From Planctomycetota bacterium (GTDB lineage: Bacteria; Planctomycetota; UBA1135; UBA2386), in the NCBI GenBank assembly GCA_046290465.1, contig JBKAGP010000001.1:672001-736000 (forward strand): 64,000 bases of DNA. The letters run 5' to 3'. The position numbers and the translations under genes are program-made. Numbering within the stretch: position 1 is the stretch's first letter; every line of letters starts with the position of its first letter. The notes under the pieces are model-generated. The model was not told the origin of the DNA. It saw only the letters and a program-made list of their open reading frames with translations, and searched no databases. This document shows positions 1 through 9,665 of this stretch, piece by piece.

Positions 1-2
1 CC

Positions 3-1112
3 GGTGGCATCAACCAGGCCGGCCAGCCGAACGTCAACCTGCCCGGCACCTTCCTGTCGCCGCAGAACCCGTTCGGCAACGGCAGCCAGGGGCCCGACGA
101 GTTCTCGTCGATCTGGTCGGCGCCGTCGGCGCCGCAGTGGTCGGGCTTCCCGGCGTTCCCCGGCAGGCTGCAGGGCTACGGCAACTACCCGCTGCCGGCG
201 GATCCCGACGATCCGAACGCGACCGGGCTGGTCGCGCCGCTGCCGGCCGCCGAGCCGGAGCCGGTGGGCTGGCCGTCGTGGGTGCGCCTGCGGGCGCGCA
301 AGCCGCTGCCGTTTTCGACCGACGTCGGGCTGTTGATCGCGCAGGACGGGCGTTCGTGGTTCCGCGAGACGCCGGACGAGCCGTTCGTGCCGTCAATGCA
401 GCACGACAAGTTCGCGTCGCTGCCGGTCGGCGCCGAGGCCGAACAGCGCGGCCGCGGCACCTTCGAGGTGCTGCTGCACCAGAGCACCCGCATCGAAGCG
501 GCTGGCCGCACGCGGCTGCGCGTGGTCGGACTCGACGAGCAGAACGTGTCGCTCGCGTTCGCAGACCTGTCGTGGCTGCGCGTGCACGTCACCGGCCGCA
601 CCAACAAGGTGCGCCTGCCCGACGGCAGCGAACTCGAGATCGCGCCCGCTGAGGTGCCGGCCGAGATGCAGGGCGCGCTGTCGGGCTTCGGCGCGCTGTT
701 CGGCACCGCGTCGATCCCGGAGGTCGCGCGGCCGGCGCTGGTCGAGGTCGAGCGCGTCGACGAGCCGTCGTGGTACGGCGGCCGCGCGACCATCACCAAC
801 CTCGGTTCGCGCAGCGTGCGCTGGCGGCACGCGTTCGGCGAGACCACCATCGAGCCGTCGCAGCGGGTGACGTTCTTCCTGACGCCGCCCGCCGCACCGA
901 CCCTCGCCGGCCTGCAGCCGGGCGACGCGCGGGTCGAGGACGACGGCGACGCGACCGTCTGCCGCGCCGTCAGCAACACCGAGGTGCAGTGGTGCGGGGC
1001 CAGCATCGCGGTGCCGGCAGGTGGTGCGGTGCGCATCGAGTCGCTGTCGGGACCGCTACGGCGCAGCGACGGCGTCGGCGGCGACGCGGCCGAGACCGCG
1101 ACCGGTGGCTGA
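3..1112 (+). CDS. hypothetical protein, 5'-partial (frame open from window edge)
   Basis: The frame of ORF 264..1112 stays open back to base 3 with GC3-rich codons (GGINQAGQPNVNLPGTF...). It overlaps the next gene start. Confidence 0.7.
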   Translation, partial: GGINQAGQPNVNLPGTFLSPQNPFGNGSQGPDEFSSIWSAPSAPQWSGFPAFPGRLQGYGNYPLPADPDDPNATGLVAPLPAAEPEPVGWPSWVRLRARKPLPFSTDVGLLIAQDGRSWFRETPDEPFVPSMQHDKFASLPVGAEAEQRGRGTFEVLLHQSTRIEAAGRTRLRVVGLDEQNVSLAFADLSWLRVHVTGRTNKVRLPDGSELEIAPAEVPAEMQGALSGFGALFGTASIPEVARPALVEVERVDEPSWYGGRATITNLGSRSVRWRHAFGETTIEPSQRVTFFLTPPAAPTLAGLQPGDARVEDDGDATVCRAVSNTEVQWCGASIAVPAGGAVRIESLSGPLRRSDGVGGDAAETATGG

Positions 1113-2079
1113 TCCGGGCGACGTCTCGGAGCTCGCCGACGAGGTCGGGCGCGCCGCAGGCCGGCTGCGCGGCCACGTGCTGCACACGCCGCTGGTGCCG
1201 TGCCCGTGGCTGTCGGACGAACTCGGCGCCGAGGTGCGCCTCAAGCTCGAGAACGTGCAGCACACCGGCTCGTTCAAGCTGCGCGGCGCCAGCCACGCGC
1301 TGCGCACGATGCCGGCGGCCGTGCGGGCGCGCGGCGTGGTCGCCGCGTCGTCGGGCAACCACGGCCTCGGCCTCGCCGCGGCCGCGCAGCAGCTCGGGGT
1401 CGACGCGCAGGTGTTCGTGCCGACGACGACGCCGGTGCCAAAGCGCGAGGCGATCCAGCGCTACGGCGCCGACGTGCAGGTGCACGGTGACGACTGTGTC
1501 GTGACCGAAGCCCACGCGCGCGCGGTCGCCGCCGGGACCGGCCGCGCCTACGTGTCGCCGTACAACGATCCGGCGGTGGTCGCCGGCCAGGGAACGGTCA
1601 TGCACGAGCTGCTGCAGGACTGGCCGGACGTCGACGAGGTCTACGTCGCGCTCGGCGGCGGCGGGTTGATCTCGGGCATGGCCGCCTACGGCAAGGCGCA
1701 GCGGCCCGGCGTGCAGTTCGTCGGCTGCTCGCCGCAGGCCTCGCCGGCGATGGCCGAATGCGTGCGCCGCGACGCGATCGTCGACGTGCCGTGCGAGCAG
1801 ACCTGGTCGGACAGCACCGCCGGCGGCGTCGAGCCGGGTGCGGTGACGTTCGGCTGGTGTCGCGAGCTGGTCGACCGGTTCGTCGACGTCGACGAGCCGG
1901 CGATCGCGCGCGCGATGCGCGACGCGCTGGCGCGACAGCACCTGCTGGTCGAGGGCGCGGTCGGCGTCGCGATCGCAGCGTGCCGCGCCGACCGCGACCG
2001 CCGCGGCCAGCGCGCCGCCATCGTCGTCTGCGGCGGCAACCTGCCGTTCGACCTGCTGCAGCGGCTGGTGCGCGGCTGA
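1105..2079 (+). CDS. PLP-dependent threonine/serine dehydratase family protein
   Basis: Motifs KLENVQHTGSFKLRGA (PLP lysine), ASSGNHG and GGGGLISG. No regulatory ACT domain. GTG start at 1105 inferred. Confidence 0.9.
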   Translation: MADPGDVSELADEVGRAAGRLRGHVLHTPLVPCPWLSDELGAEVRLKLENVQHTGSFKLRGASHALRTMPAAVRARGVVAASSGNHGLGLAAAAQQLGVDAQVFVPTTTPVPKREAIQRYGADVQVHGDDCVVTEAHARAVAAGTGRAYVSPYNDPAVVAGQGTVMHELLQDWPDVDEVYVALGGGGLISGMAAYGKAQRPGVQFVGCSPQASPAMAECVRRDAIVDVPCEQTWSDSTAGGVEPGAVTFGWCRELVDRFVDVDEPAIARAMRDALARQHLLVEGAVGVAIAACRADRDRRGQRAAIVVCGGNLPFDLLQRLVRG

Positions 2080-2101
2080 GGGCCAGAGGCGCGGGCGCGC
2101 G

Positions 2102-3310
2102 TCAGAGCCTGGCGGCGCGGCCGAGGCGCTGCGTGCACAGCGCGGCGAGCACCACCAGCGCACAGGACGCGAGCAGGCACCAGCCGAGGCCCTGGCCCGC
2201 CGACGCACCCGCGGCGAACAGCGCGCCGGACGCCACCGTGCCGCAGAGCCGTCCCATCGCGTTGGCCGAGTAGTAGAAGCCGACCCGTTCGGGGTCCTTG
2301 TGGTCGTCGTGCATCGCGACGACCAGCCAGCTGTGCAGGCTGCTGGTCAGCGCGAACAGCACCCCGTAGGCGCACAGCGACACGACCAGCGCCGGCACCG
2401 GCTGCTCCAGGTCGGCGAGCGTGCCCGCCATCGGCAGCAGCGGCACCAGCAGGCTCACGGTCCAGCGCAGCGTCGCCGTCACGCCGGCGCGCGGTTCGGT
2501 GGCGCGCGTCAGGCGCGGTGCCGACGCCTGCACCAGGCCGTAGACGATCACCCAACCGGCCAAGAGGGCGCCGATGCTCGCGTGCGGCCAGCCGGCCTCG
2601 ACCAGGAACAGCGGCAGCGCGACCGCGAACCACGCGTCGCGCGAGCCGAACAGGAACATGCGGGCGGCGCTGAGCCACCACATGCGCGCGTCCTGCCGCA
2701 GCACGGCCAGCAGCGAGGCGGTGCGGCGGCCGGGGATGCGCGGCAGCGCCGCGAGCGCCAGCAGCGCGAACGCGGCCAGCAGCACGGCCAGGCCCGCGTT
2801 GGTGTGGCGGAAGCCGACCCAGGCCAACAGCGCGCCACCGACGAAGAAGCCCAGTCCCTTGATCGTGTTCTTGCTGCCGGTCAGCAGCGCCACCCAACGG
2901 AACAGGCCGGCGCTGCCGCCCGGCGGCTGCAGCGCCTTGACGTAGCTCTTGGCGCTGGTCTTGGCGAGGTCCTTGGCGACGCCCGACAGCACCTGGGTGG
3001 CGCCGACGTAGGCGATCGACAACGACGCGGTGTCGACGGCGAGCAGCGCGCACGCGACCGTCTGCAGGCCGAGGCCGAGCACCAGCGTCGCCTTGAGTCC
3101 GAAGCGCGCGCCAAGGTAGCCGCCGAGCAGGTTGGTCAGCACGCCGGCGACCTCGTAGGGCACCAGCAGCAACGCCAGCGCCCAGGCGGTCTGGCCCTGG
3201 TCGTGCAGGTGCAGCAGCACCAGCATGCGCAGCGCGCCGTCGCTGAGCGTGAACGCCTGGTAGCACAGCGCCACCAGCAGGTAGCCGCGGGAGTGCCTGC
3301 CTTCGTTCAT
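2102..3310 (-). CDS. arsJ: organoarsenical efflux MFS transporter ArsJ
   Basis: Motifs FTLSDGALRMLVLLH, LSGVAKDLAKTSAKS, LTGSKNTIKGLGFF, FLFGSRDAWF and GFYYSANAMGRL. Its ATG overlaps the GAPDH stop. Confidence 0.9.
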   Translation of the reverse strand: MNEGRHSRGYLLVALCYQAFTLSDGALRMLVLLHLHDQGQTAWALALLLVPYEVAGVLTNLLGGYLGARFGLKATLVLGLGLQTVACALLAVDTASLSIAYVGATQVLSGVAKDLAKTSAKSYVKALQPPGGSAGLFRWVALLTGSKNTIKGLGFFVGGALLAWVGFRHTNAGLAVLLAAFALLALAALPRIPGRRTASLLAVLRQDARMWWLSAARMFLFGSRDAWFAVALPLFLVEAGWPHASIGALLAGWVIVYGLVQASAPRLTRATEPRAGVTATLRWTVSLLVPLLPMAGTLADLEQPVPALVVSLCAYGVLFALTSSLHSWLVVAMHDDHKDPERVGFYYSANAMGRLCGTVASGALFAAGASAGQGLGWCLLASCALVVLAALCTQRLGRAARL

Positions 3311-4305
3311 CGCTGCGCGGCCTGGATGCAGCGCACCAGGTCGGCCATGCGGTTCACGTAGCCCCACTCGTTGTCGTACCAGATCATGACCTTGGCGAGG
3401 CGGCCGTCGACGACGCGGGTGCAGCCGGCGTCGACGACGCCGCTGCGCGGGTCGTTGGCATAGTCGCTGCTGACCAGCGGACGATCCTCGATGCCGAGCA
3501 CGCCCTGCATGCGGCCGGCGGCCGCGGTGCGGATCGCCGCGTGGATCTCGTCGACGCTGGTGGTGCGCTGCATCTCGAACGTGCAGTCGGTCAGCGACGC
3601 GTTCAGCACCGGCACCCGCACCGCGATGCTGTCGAGCCGGCCGCGCAGCTCGGGCACGATCATCGTCACGGCGGTCGCCGAGTTGGTCGACGTCGGGATC
3701 AGGTTGAGCAGCGCCGAGCGCGCCCGCCGCGGGTCCTTGTGCGGCCGGTCGACGACCACCTGGGTGTTGGTCGGGTCGTGCATCGTGGTGATCGCGCCGC
3801 GCTCGATGCCGATCGCGTCGTGCAGCACGCGCACCACCGGCGCCAGGCAGTTGGTCGTGCACGAGGCGGCGGTCAGCACCGGCTCCCCGGCGAAGTCGAC
3901 GTCGGCGTGGTTGACGCCGTAGACGATGTTGGGCACGCCCTGCACCGGGTTGCTGACCAGCACCTGGTGGGCGCCGCGGTCGAGGTGCACGCGGGCGCGG
4001 TCGAGCTGCTTGGCCTTGCCGCTGCAGTCGACGACCAGGTCGACGCCGTGTGCGGCCCAGTCGAGCCGTTCGAAGGTCGCGACCTGGATCAGGTCGACGC
4101 TGCGGTCGGCGACGACCAGCCGGGCGCCGTCGGTCGTCACCGGGGACGCGTAGCGGCCCTGCACGGAGTCGAACTCGACCCCGAGCGCCAGCGCCTCGGC
4201 GGTGCCGTCGGGTTCGTTGATCACGACGACGTCGATGCCGGCCGGCAGCGCTGCACGCAGGAACAGCCGGCCCATGCGGCCGAGCCCGTTGATCGCGACC
4301 CTCAT
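3307..4305 (-). CDS. ArsJ-associated glyceraldehyde-3-phosphate dehydrogenase
   Basis: N-terminus MRVAINGLGRMGR, catalytic AASCTTNCLAP and WYDNEWGY. Lies between arsR-arsC and arsJ. Confidence 0.93.
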   Translation of the reverse strand: MRVAINGLGRMGRLFLRAALPAGIDVVVINEPDGTAEALALGVEFDSVQGRYASPVTTDGARLVVADRSVDLIQVATFERLDWAAHGVDLVVDCSGKAKQLDRARVHLDRGAHQVLVSNPVQGVPNIVYGVNHADVDFAGEPVLTAASCTTNCLAPVVRVLHDAIGIERGAITTMHDPTNTQVVVDRPHKDPRRARSALLNLIPTSTNSATAVTMIVPELRGRLDSIAVRVPVLNASLTDCTFEMQRTTSVDEIHAAIRTAAAGRMQGVLGIEDRPLVSSDYANDPRSGVVDAGCTRVVDGRLAKVMIWYDNEWGYVNRMADLVRCIQAAQR

Positions 4306-5159
4306 CGTTCGGAGCCCGTCTGGTGCAGGACCTCGGGGATCGCGCGCGCACCGCGGCGACGTTCGAGCATCCAGGTGCCGAGCCGGGCGTTGATGGCGTC
4401 GCGCACGGTGCGGAACCGCTGCAGCTGCGCGCTCGGCGACGGCGCCGGCTCGGTCGGGTCGGGGAACGGCCAGAAGTCGACCGACCGCGTGAACGGCACC
4501 ACGTTGGGGCAGTCCTGCTGCGCCTCCGGGCACAGCACGATGGCCTGGTGGATGACGCGCTTGCCGAGCAGTTCGCCGAGGTCCTTGGCGACCAGGCCGT
4601 CGGTCGGCACGTCGATCTCCTGCAGCACGCGCAGCGTCATCGGATGCACGGGCCGCGGCCGCATGCCGGCGCTGACGACGTCGATCTCGCCGGCGGCCCG
4701 GTGGCGCAGCAGCGCTTCGGCCATCTGGCTGCGCGCGGTGTTGTGCGTGCACAGGAACGCGACCGTCGGCCGGTCGCCGGGCTGGTCGGAACGCCCGTCC
4801 ATGGGCCGGTCCTGGGGCTGCGGGGCGCGCAGCTGCTGCTCGATGCGATGGGTCGGCGTGGTCAGCAGGTCGGCGCGGCCCTGGCAGCAGTCCTCGCCGA
4901 GGAACCAGATCAGCTGCTGCAGGGTCTTGGGCTCGACCGCGTAGCGGATCCGGCGGCCGTCGCGCTCGCTCGACAGCAGCCCGGCGCCGGTCAGCTCGTG
5001 CAGGTGGAAGGACAGCGTCGACGCCGGCAGCTGCACCCGTTCGGCGAGCTCGCCGGCGAACAGGCCCGCGACGCCCTCGCGCGCGAGCGTGCGGAACAGC
5101 TCCAGCCGCACGGCGTGGGCCAGGGCGCCGAACACCCTTGCTGCCAACTTCGGTTCCAT
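4302..5159 (-). CDS. ArsR/SmtB regulator fused to LMW-PTP-type arsenate reductase ArsC
   Basis: N-terminal wHTH (FGALAHAVRLELFRTL...STLSFHL, EDCCQG). C-terminal FLCTHNTARSQMAEA, VLCPEAQQDCP and WPFPDP. Confidence 0.88.
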   Translation of the reverse strand: MEPKLAARVFGALAHAVRLELFRTLAREGVAGLFAGELAERVQLPASTLSFHLHELTGAGLLSSERDGRRIRYAVEPKTLQQLIWFLGEDCCQGRADLLTTPTHRIEQQLRAPQPQDRPMDGRSDQPGDRPTVAFLCTHNTARSQMAEALLRHRAAGEIDVVSAGMRPRPVHPMTLRVLQEIDVPTDGLVAKDLGELLGKRVIHQAIVLCPEAQQDCPNVVPFTRSVDFWPFPDPTEPAPSPSAQLQRFRTVRDAINARLGTWMLERRRGARAIPEVLHQTGSER

Positions 5160-5253
5160 GGTTCTGGAATAGTCGAACGGTCTCTCCCAGGGAAGCGCCG
5201 GTCCGGAAGATCCGATCGGGAGCGTGCCGCGCGCTCAGCCGTAGACTGCCGGC

Positions 5254-6888
5254 ATGAGGACCTCTTCGCTGATCCTGCTGGGGGCGCTCGGCGCGGCCGC
5301 GCTTGGCCAAGACCGACCGAAGCCCAACGTCTCGGGCGGGCCGCTGCGGCCCGACCAGGCCTGCTACGACGTGCGCCACTACACGTTGGTGATCGACGTC
5401 GACCCCGCCGAGCGGGCCATCGATGCGGCGCTGACGATGCGGGCCGACGCCGTGCAGGCGATCGAGACGTTCGCCTTGGACCTCGACATGCACCTGCAGG
5501 TCGGCGAGGTCACCGTGCAGGGCGAGCCGGCGCCGCACCAGCACGCCGACGGCAGGATCGTGATCACGCCGGCGCAGCCGATCGAACGCGGCGCGACGTT
5601 CGAGGTGCGCGTCGCCTACGGCGGCAAGCCGCTGGTCGCGAAGCGGCCGCCGTGGACCGGCGGCTTCACGTGGTCCGAGACCAAGGCCGGCAAGCCGTGG
5701 ATCGCGACGTCGTGCCAGGGCGAGGGGGCCGATCTGTGGTGGCCGTGCAAGGACCACCCGTCCGACAAGCCGGACGGCTTCGACCTGCACGTCACCGTGC
5801 CCGCAGGGCTGATCTGCGCGTCCAACGGCACCTTGCAGGGCGAGCCGAAGACCGCGCTCGGCAAGACCACGTTCCACTGGCGCTCGGCCTCGCCGATCGC
5901 CAACTACAACATCGCGCTCAACATCGCGCCGTACGTGGTGCTCGAGGACACGTTCACGTGCGTCGACGGCACCGAGATGCCGATCGCGTTCTACGTGCTG
6001 CCGAGCAGCAAGCGGAAGGCCAAGCGCTGCATGCCGGCGTTCCTCGACCACATCGCGGTGTTCGAACGGTTGCTCGGGCCCTACCCGTTCCGGCACGAGA
6101 AGTACGGCATCGCCGAGACGCCGCACCTCGGCATGGAGCACCAGACGATGGTCGCCTACGGCAACGGCTTCCGCGAGGAGCAATACGACTGGCTGCACAA
6201 CCACGAGCTGGCGCACGAGTGGTGGGGCAACCTGGTCACCTGCCGCGACTGGAAGGACATGTGGCTGCACGAGGGCTTCGGCACCTACATGCAGCCGCTC
6301 TATCGCGAGGTGCGCTTCGGCCGGAAGGCCTACGACGACGAGATCCACCGGCACCGCACCATGAACCGTTCGCCGATCGCGCCGCGAAAGGTCAAGGACA
6401 GCAAGCAGATCTACTTCGGCGGCGGCGGCGGCAACGACATCTACTACAAGGGCAGCCTGGTGCTGCACTCGCTGCGCTACCACCTCGGCGACGCGAAGTT
6501 CTTCGAGGCGCTGAAGCGGTTCGCCTACCCGACCGAGGCGTCGCGGCAGCGGACCGACGGTAGCCAGGTGCGGTTCGTCGACACCGAGGACTTCGTGAAG
6601 CTGGTCGACGAGATCGCCGGGGTCGACACGCGCTGGTTCTTCGAGGTCTACGTGCGCAGCGCCGGCCTGCCGCGGGTCGTCTACCGGTTCGAGGACGGCA
6701 CGCTGCACCTCGAGTGGCGCACGCCGGGCGACCTGCCGTTCCCGATGGACGTGCCGATCAGCGTCAGCGGCGCCGAGGTGCGGGTCGCGATGGTCGATGG
6801 CAAGGGCGCGATGAAGATCGGCGACGCCGAGTTCAAGATCGATCCGAACCGACGGCTGCTGATGGCGAGCCCCCGTCGTCTGCAGTGA
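5254..6888 (+). CDS. secreted M1 family metallo-aminopeptidase
   Basis: Signal peptide. Motifs GMEH, HELAHEWWGN...WLHEGF and YYKG. Confidence 0.92.
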   Translation: MRTSSLILLGALGAAALGQDRPKPNVSGGPLRPDQACYDVRHYTLVIDVDPAERAIDAALTMRADAVQAIETFALDLDMHLQVGEVTVQGEPAPHQHADGRIVITPAQPIERGATFEVRVAYGGKPLVAKRPPWTGGFTWSETKAGKPWIATSCQGEGADLWWPCKDHPSDKPDGFDLHVTVPAGLICASNGTLQGEPKTALGKTTFHWRSASPIANYNIALNIAPYVVLEDTFTCVDGTEMPIAFYVLPSSKRKAKRCMPAFLDHIAVFERLLGPYPFRHEKYGIAETPHLGMEHQTMVAYGNGFREEQYDWLHNHELAHEWWGNLVTCRDWKDMWLHEGFGTYMQPLYREVRFGRKAYDDEIHRHRTMNRSPIAPRKVKDSKQIYFGGGGGNDIYYKGSLVLHSLRYHLGDAKFFEALKRFAYPTEASRQRTDGSQVRFVDTEDFVKLVDEIAGVDTRWFFEVYVRSAGLPRVVYRFEDGTLHLEWRTPGDLPFPMDVPISVSGAEVRVAMVDGKGAMKIGDAEFKIDPNRRLLMASPRRLQ

Positions 6889-6910
6889 CCGTTGGCGCTA
6901 CGCTGCGCAC

Positions 6911-8170
6911 ATGCTGCGCAGCCCGATCCTCGCGACCCTGACGCTCGCCGTGCCGTCGCTGGCGCAGCGGGTCGTCGAGGCGCCCGAGCCCAACGCCTCC
7001 ACGCTGACCGCGACCACGCTGTCGTGTGGCGAGGAGGCGGCCGGCGGCCTCGGCACGCTTTCCGACGAGGACTGGTACCGGGTGGTGCTCGCCGCGAGCA
7101 CCGACCTGCACGTCGCGACCGGGCCCGGGCTCGGCGGTGCCGTGCGCGACACGGTGGTGACGCTGCTCGACGACACCGGCGGGCCTCTGCAGCAGAGCGA
7201 CGACGGCGTCGAGAGCGGTTGGTACTCGGAGCTGTTCGCGGCGGCGCTGCCGGCCGGCGTCTACTACGTCGCAGTGACCGCCGGCGCCAACGCGGTGCCC
7301 GGCAGCTACGTGCTCGACGTTCGCTGCGGGGCTGCGGCGGGTGCGACCGTGCCGCCGACGACCAACGAGGCGGCCGAGAACAACGACCCGCGCAGCGGCG
7401 GCGTCGCGACCAGCGCGATCGTGCCGATGCGCGGCCTGGGCGCGCTCGGCTCGACCGGCGTCGACGGCGATTGGGACTTCTGGCGCGTGCTGGTGTTCGG
7501 CGACAGCGTGCTGCGCGTGCGGCTGGACGCCACCGGCGCGGTCGCGGGCACGCCGGCGCAGGATCCGGTGCTGTACCTGTTCGACGGTGCCAGCGTGCCC
7601 AACCTGGTCGCCGGTCCGTTCTACGCCAGCGACCGCGATGCGTGGGACCAGGTGCTCGACCTGCGCGTCGCCGGTGGCATCCATCACCTCGCGGTGCGCG
7701 GCGCCGACGGCAGCCAGGCCGGCGCCTACGTGCTCGACGTGACCGCGACGCCGGCGGCCGCGGGCACGGTGTTCGCAGGCGGCTGCGGCGGCCGCACGCT
7801 GTGGCTCGGCACAACCGGGTTCGGTCCCGGCGCGCCGCTGGTGCGCGAACGGCCGCGGCTCGGCAGCAGCTACTCGGTCGACGGCAGCAGCCTCGGCGGC
7901 AACGGCTTCGCCTTCCATGTGGTCGGCCTGCAGGCGACGTTCGTCGACCTGACGCCGTTCGGCGCCGCCGGCTGCGCGCTCGAGGTCAGCGTCGTCGACA
8001 CGGTGTTCCAGTTCGCCGACGCCGTCGGCAACGCCAGCTGGACGATCCCGGTGCCGGACACGGCGGCTTTGATCGGCACCCAGCTGCACAGCCAGATCGC
8101 GGTGCTCGACCTCTCCAACGCGCTCGGCATCACGATCAGCAACCGGGTCGCGGCGACGATCGGCGGCTGA
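6911..8170 (+). CDS. secreted protein with two PPC-like (pre-peptidase C-terminal) domains and a C-terminal beta domain
   Basis: Signal peptide. Repeated D-x-D-W/F...GxY-x-V...GxYVLDV modules and E..ENND motif. Confidence 0.7.
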   Translation: MLRSPILATLTLAVPSLAQRVVEAPEPNASTLTATTLSCGEEAAGGLGTLSDEDWYRVVLAASTDLHVATGPGLGGAVRDTVVTLLDDTGGPLQQSDDGVESGWYSELFAAALPAGVYYVAVTAGANAVPGSYVLDVRCGAAAGATVPPTTNEAAENNDPRSGGVATSAIVPMRGLGALGSTGVDGDWDFWRVLVFGDSVLRVRLDATGAVAGTPAQDPVLYLFDGASVPNLVAGPFYASDRDAWDQVLDLRVAGGIHHLAVRGADGSQAGAYVLDVTATPAAAGTVFAGGCGGRTLWLGTTGFGPGAPLVRERPRLGSSYSVDGSSLGGNGFAFHVVGLQATFVDLTPFGAAGCALEVSVVDTVFQFADAVGNASWTIPVPDTAALIGTQLHSQIAVLDLSNALGITISNRVAATIGG

Positions 8171-8187
8171 GCGGCGCGCGAGGCGGC

Positions 8188-9585
8188 TCAGAGCCGCTTG
8201 ATGCGCAGGTTGCGGAACGCGACCTCGTCGCCGTGGTCCTGCAGCGCCATCCGGCCCTGCGTGGCCTTGCCGAACGGCCAGTCCTTGAACTTGCTCGCGG
8301 CGATCATGCGGTCCCACTCGGGGCCGGCGCAGGCGCAGTCAACGACCTTCTGTCCGTTGAGGAAGTGCTGCAGGCGGCCCTTCTGCACCACGATGCGCGC
8401 ATCGTTCCAGCAGCCGGCGGGCCGCGCGCGCTTGCCGGTGGGCGACACCAGGTCGTAGAGCGCGCCGACCGCGTGCTTGGGGCCGGGCTTGCGGGTCAGG
8501 TCGTCGAGCACCTGGAACTCCGGACCGCTGAAGTAGGTCTCGCGGCCCTCGTCGGTCACGTGCCACATGACGCCGGAGTTGCCGCCGCTCGCGATGCGGA
8601 ACGAGAACCGGAAGTCGAAGTCGCCGTACTGCTCGCGGCTGACCAGGTCGCCGCCGCCGCCGCCCGCCTCGTGCACGATCGCGGCGTCGCGCACCACCCA
8701 GCCCTGCTGCGGCAGCTCGTCGCTCTGGAAGCCGGTCCAGTGCTCCATCCGCCTGCCGTCGAACAGCGACACGAAGCCCTGCTGCTCCTCCTTCGCCGAC
8801 AGCCGGTTGAGCGGCGTCGGCGACAGCGTGACGGCGCCGGTCGCCGCCCATTCGCTGCCGCGCGCCAGCAGGTGGCGCAGCTGCGGGTCGTGCCAGGTGG
8901 CGTGGCTCGGCACCCGGTTGCGCCAGACGTGGCCGAGCGGCGTGTGGAACACGCGGCCCTCGCCGAACGTGGCCGCGGTCGCCATCGGTTCGTGGCGGCC
9001 GGTGCCGCCGGTCTTGGGGTCGCTGAACGCGCTCATCAGCACGCGGTACTCCGCGCCGGGCTTGTGCACCAGGCGGTGGTAGAGCTCGTCCGGGTGCATG
9101 CGCAGGTCGCGCATGCCCGCCGTGATCGGGTGGTGGTGGTCGATGCAGTGCACGTCGAACGGGTGGTAGCGGCCGTGGCCGGTGCCGCGGCGCCACAGCA
9201 GCCCGACCATCAGTTCGTAGTCGTGCCAGCCCTCGAACGCGTTGTTGGCCGCGTGCACGACGCTGACCCCGCAGCCGGCGCGCACCGCCGCCAGGAACGA
9301 GGTCTCGGCCGCCTCGCCCCAGCGCGGGCCGTTGTAGTCGAGCACGATCAGGTCGAGCTTGCCGTCGGCGTGCCGTGCCGCGACGTCCTGCAGGTCCTTG
9401 GCAGGTTCGTAGGTGATCTCCACCTCGAAGCGGCCGGTCTCCTCGAGTGCCGCTTTGATCTGCGGCGAGGTCCACTGCCAGTCGTGGTTGTTGGCGCCGG
9501 ACACGACCAGCGTCCGGATCGGCTGCTGCGGAGCCTGCGGCGCGCACAGCGCGAGCAGGGACGACACGAGGGTGGCGGCGAACAT
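8188..9585 (-). CDS. ThuA-like plus DUF1080 (3-keto-disaccharide hydrolase-like) secreted protein
   Basis: ThuA motifs SGANNHDW and GRVFHTPLGH. DUF1080 motifs SLFDG, GNSGV, EFQVLDD and LQDHG..V.FRNLRIK. Confidence 0.88.
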   Translation of the reverse strand: MFAATLVSSLLALCAPQAPQQPIRTLVVSGANNHDWQWTSPQIKAALEETGRFEVEITYEPAKDLQDVAARHADGKLDLIVLDYNGPRWGEAAETSFLAAVRAGCGVSVVHAANNAFEGWHDYELMVGLLWRRGTGHGRYHPFDVHCIDHHHPITAGMRDLRMHPDELYHRLVHKPGAEYRVLMSAFSDPKTGGTGRHEPMATAATFGEGRVFHTPLGHVWRNRVPSHATWHDPQLRHLLARGSEWAATGAVTLSPTPLNRLSAKEEQQGFVSLFDGRRMEHWTGFQSDELPQQGWVVRDAAIVHEAGGGGGDLVSREQYGDFDFRFSFRIASGGNSGVMWHVTDEGRETYFSGPEFQVLDDLTRKPGPKHAVGALYDLVSPTGKRARPAGCWNDARIVVQKGRLQHFLNGQKVVDCACAGPEWDRMIAASKFKDWPFGKATQGRMALQDHGDEVAFRNLRIKRL

Positions 9586-9665
9586 GGCGAGAACGGTAGC
9601 GCGACGGCGCGCGCGGTGGCCACGTCACGCTGGCGATGCTCGTCGCGTTCCTGTATCCCATCGCC

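Noticed and set aside
3307..6708. 1133-aa ORF suggesting a giant GAPDH fusion
   Set aside because: Only the last 332 aa are GAPDH. The upstream part is a shadow frame over arsR-arsC and the M1 peptidase.
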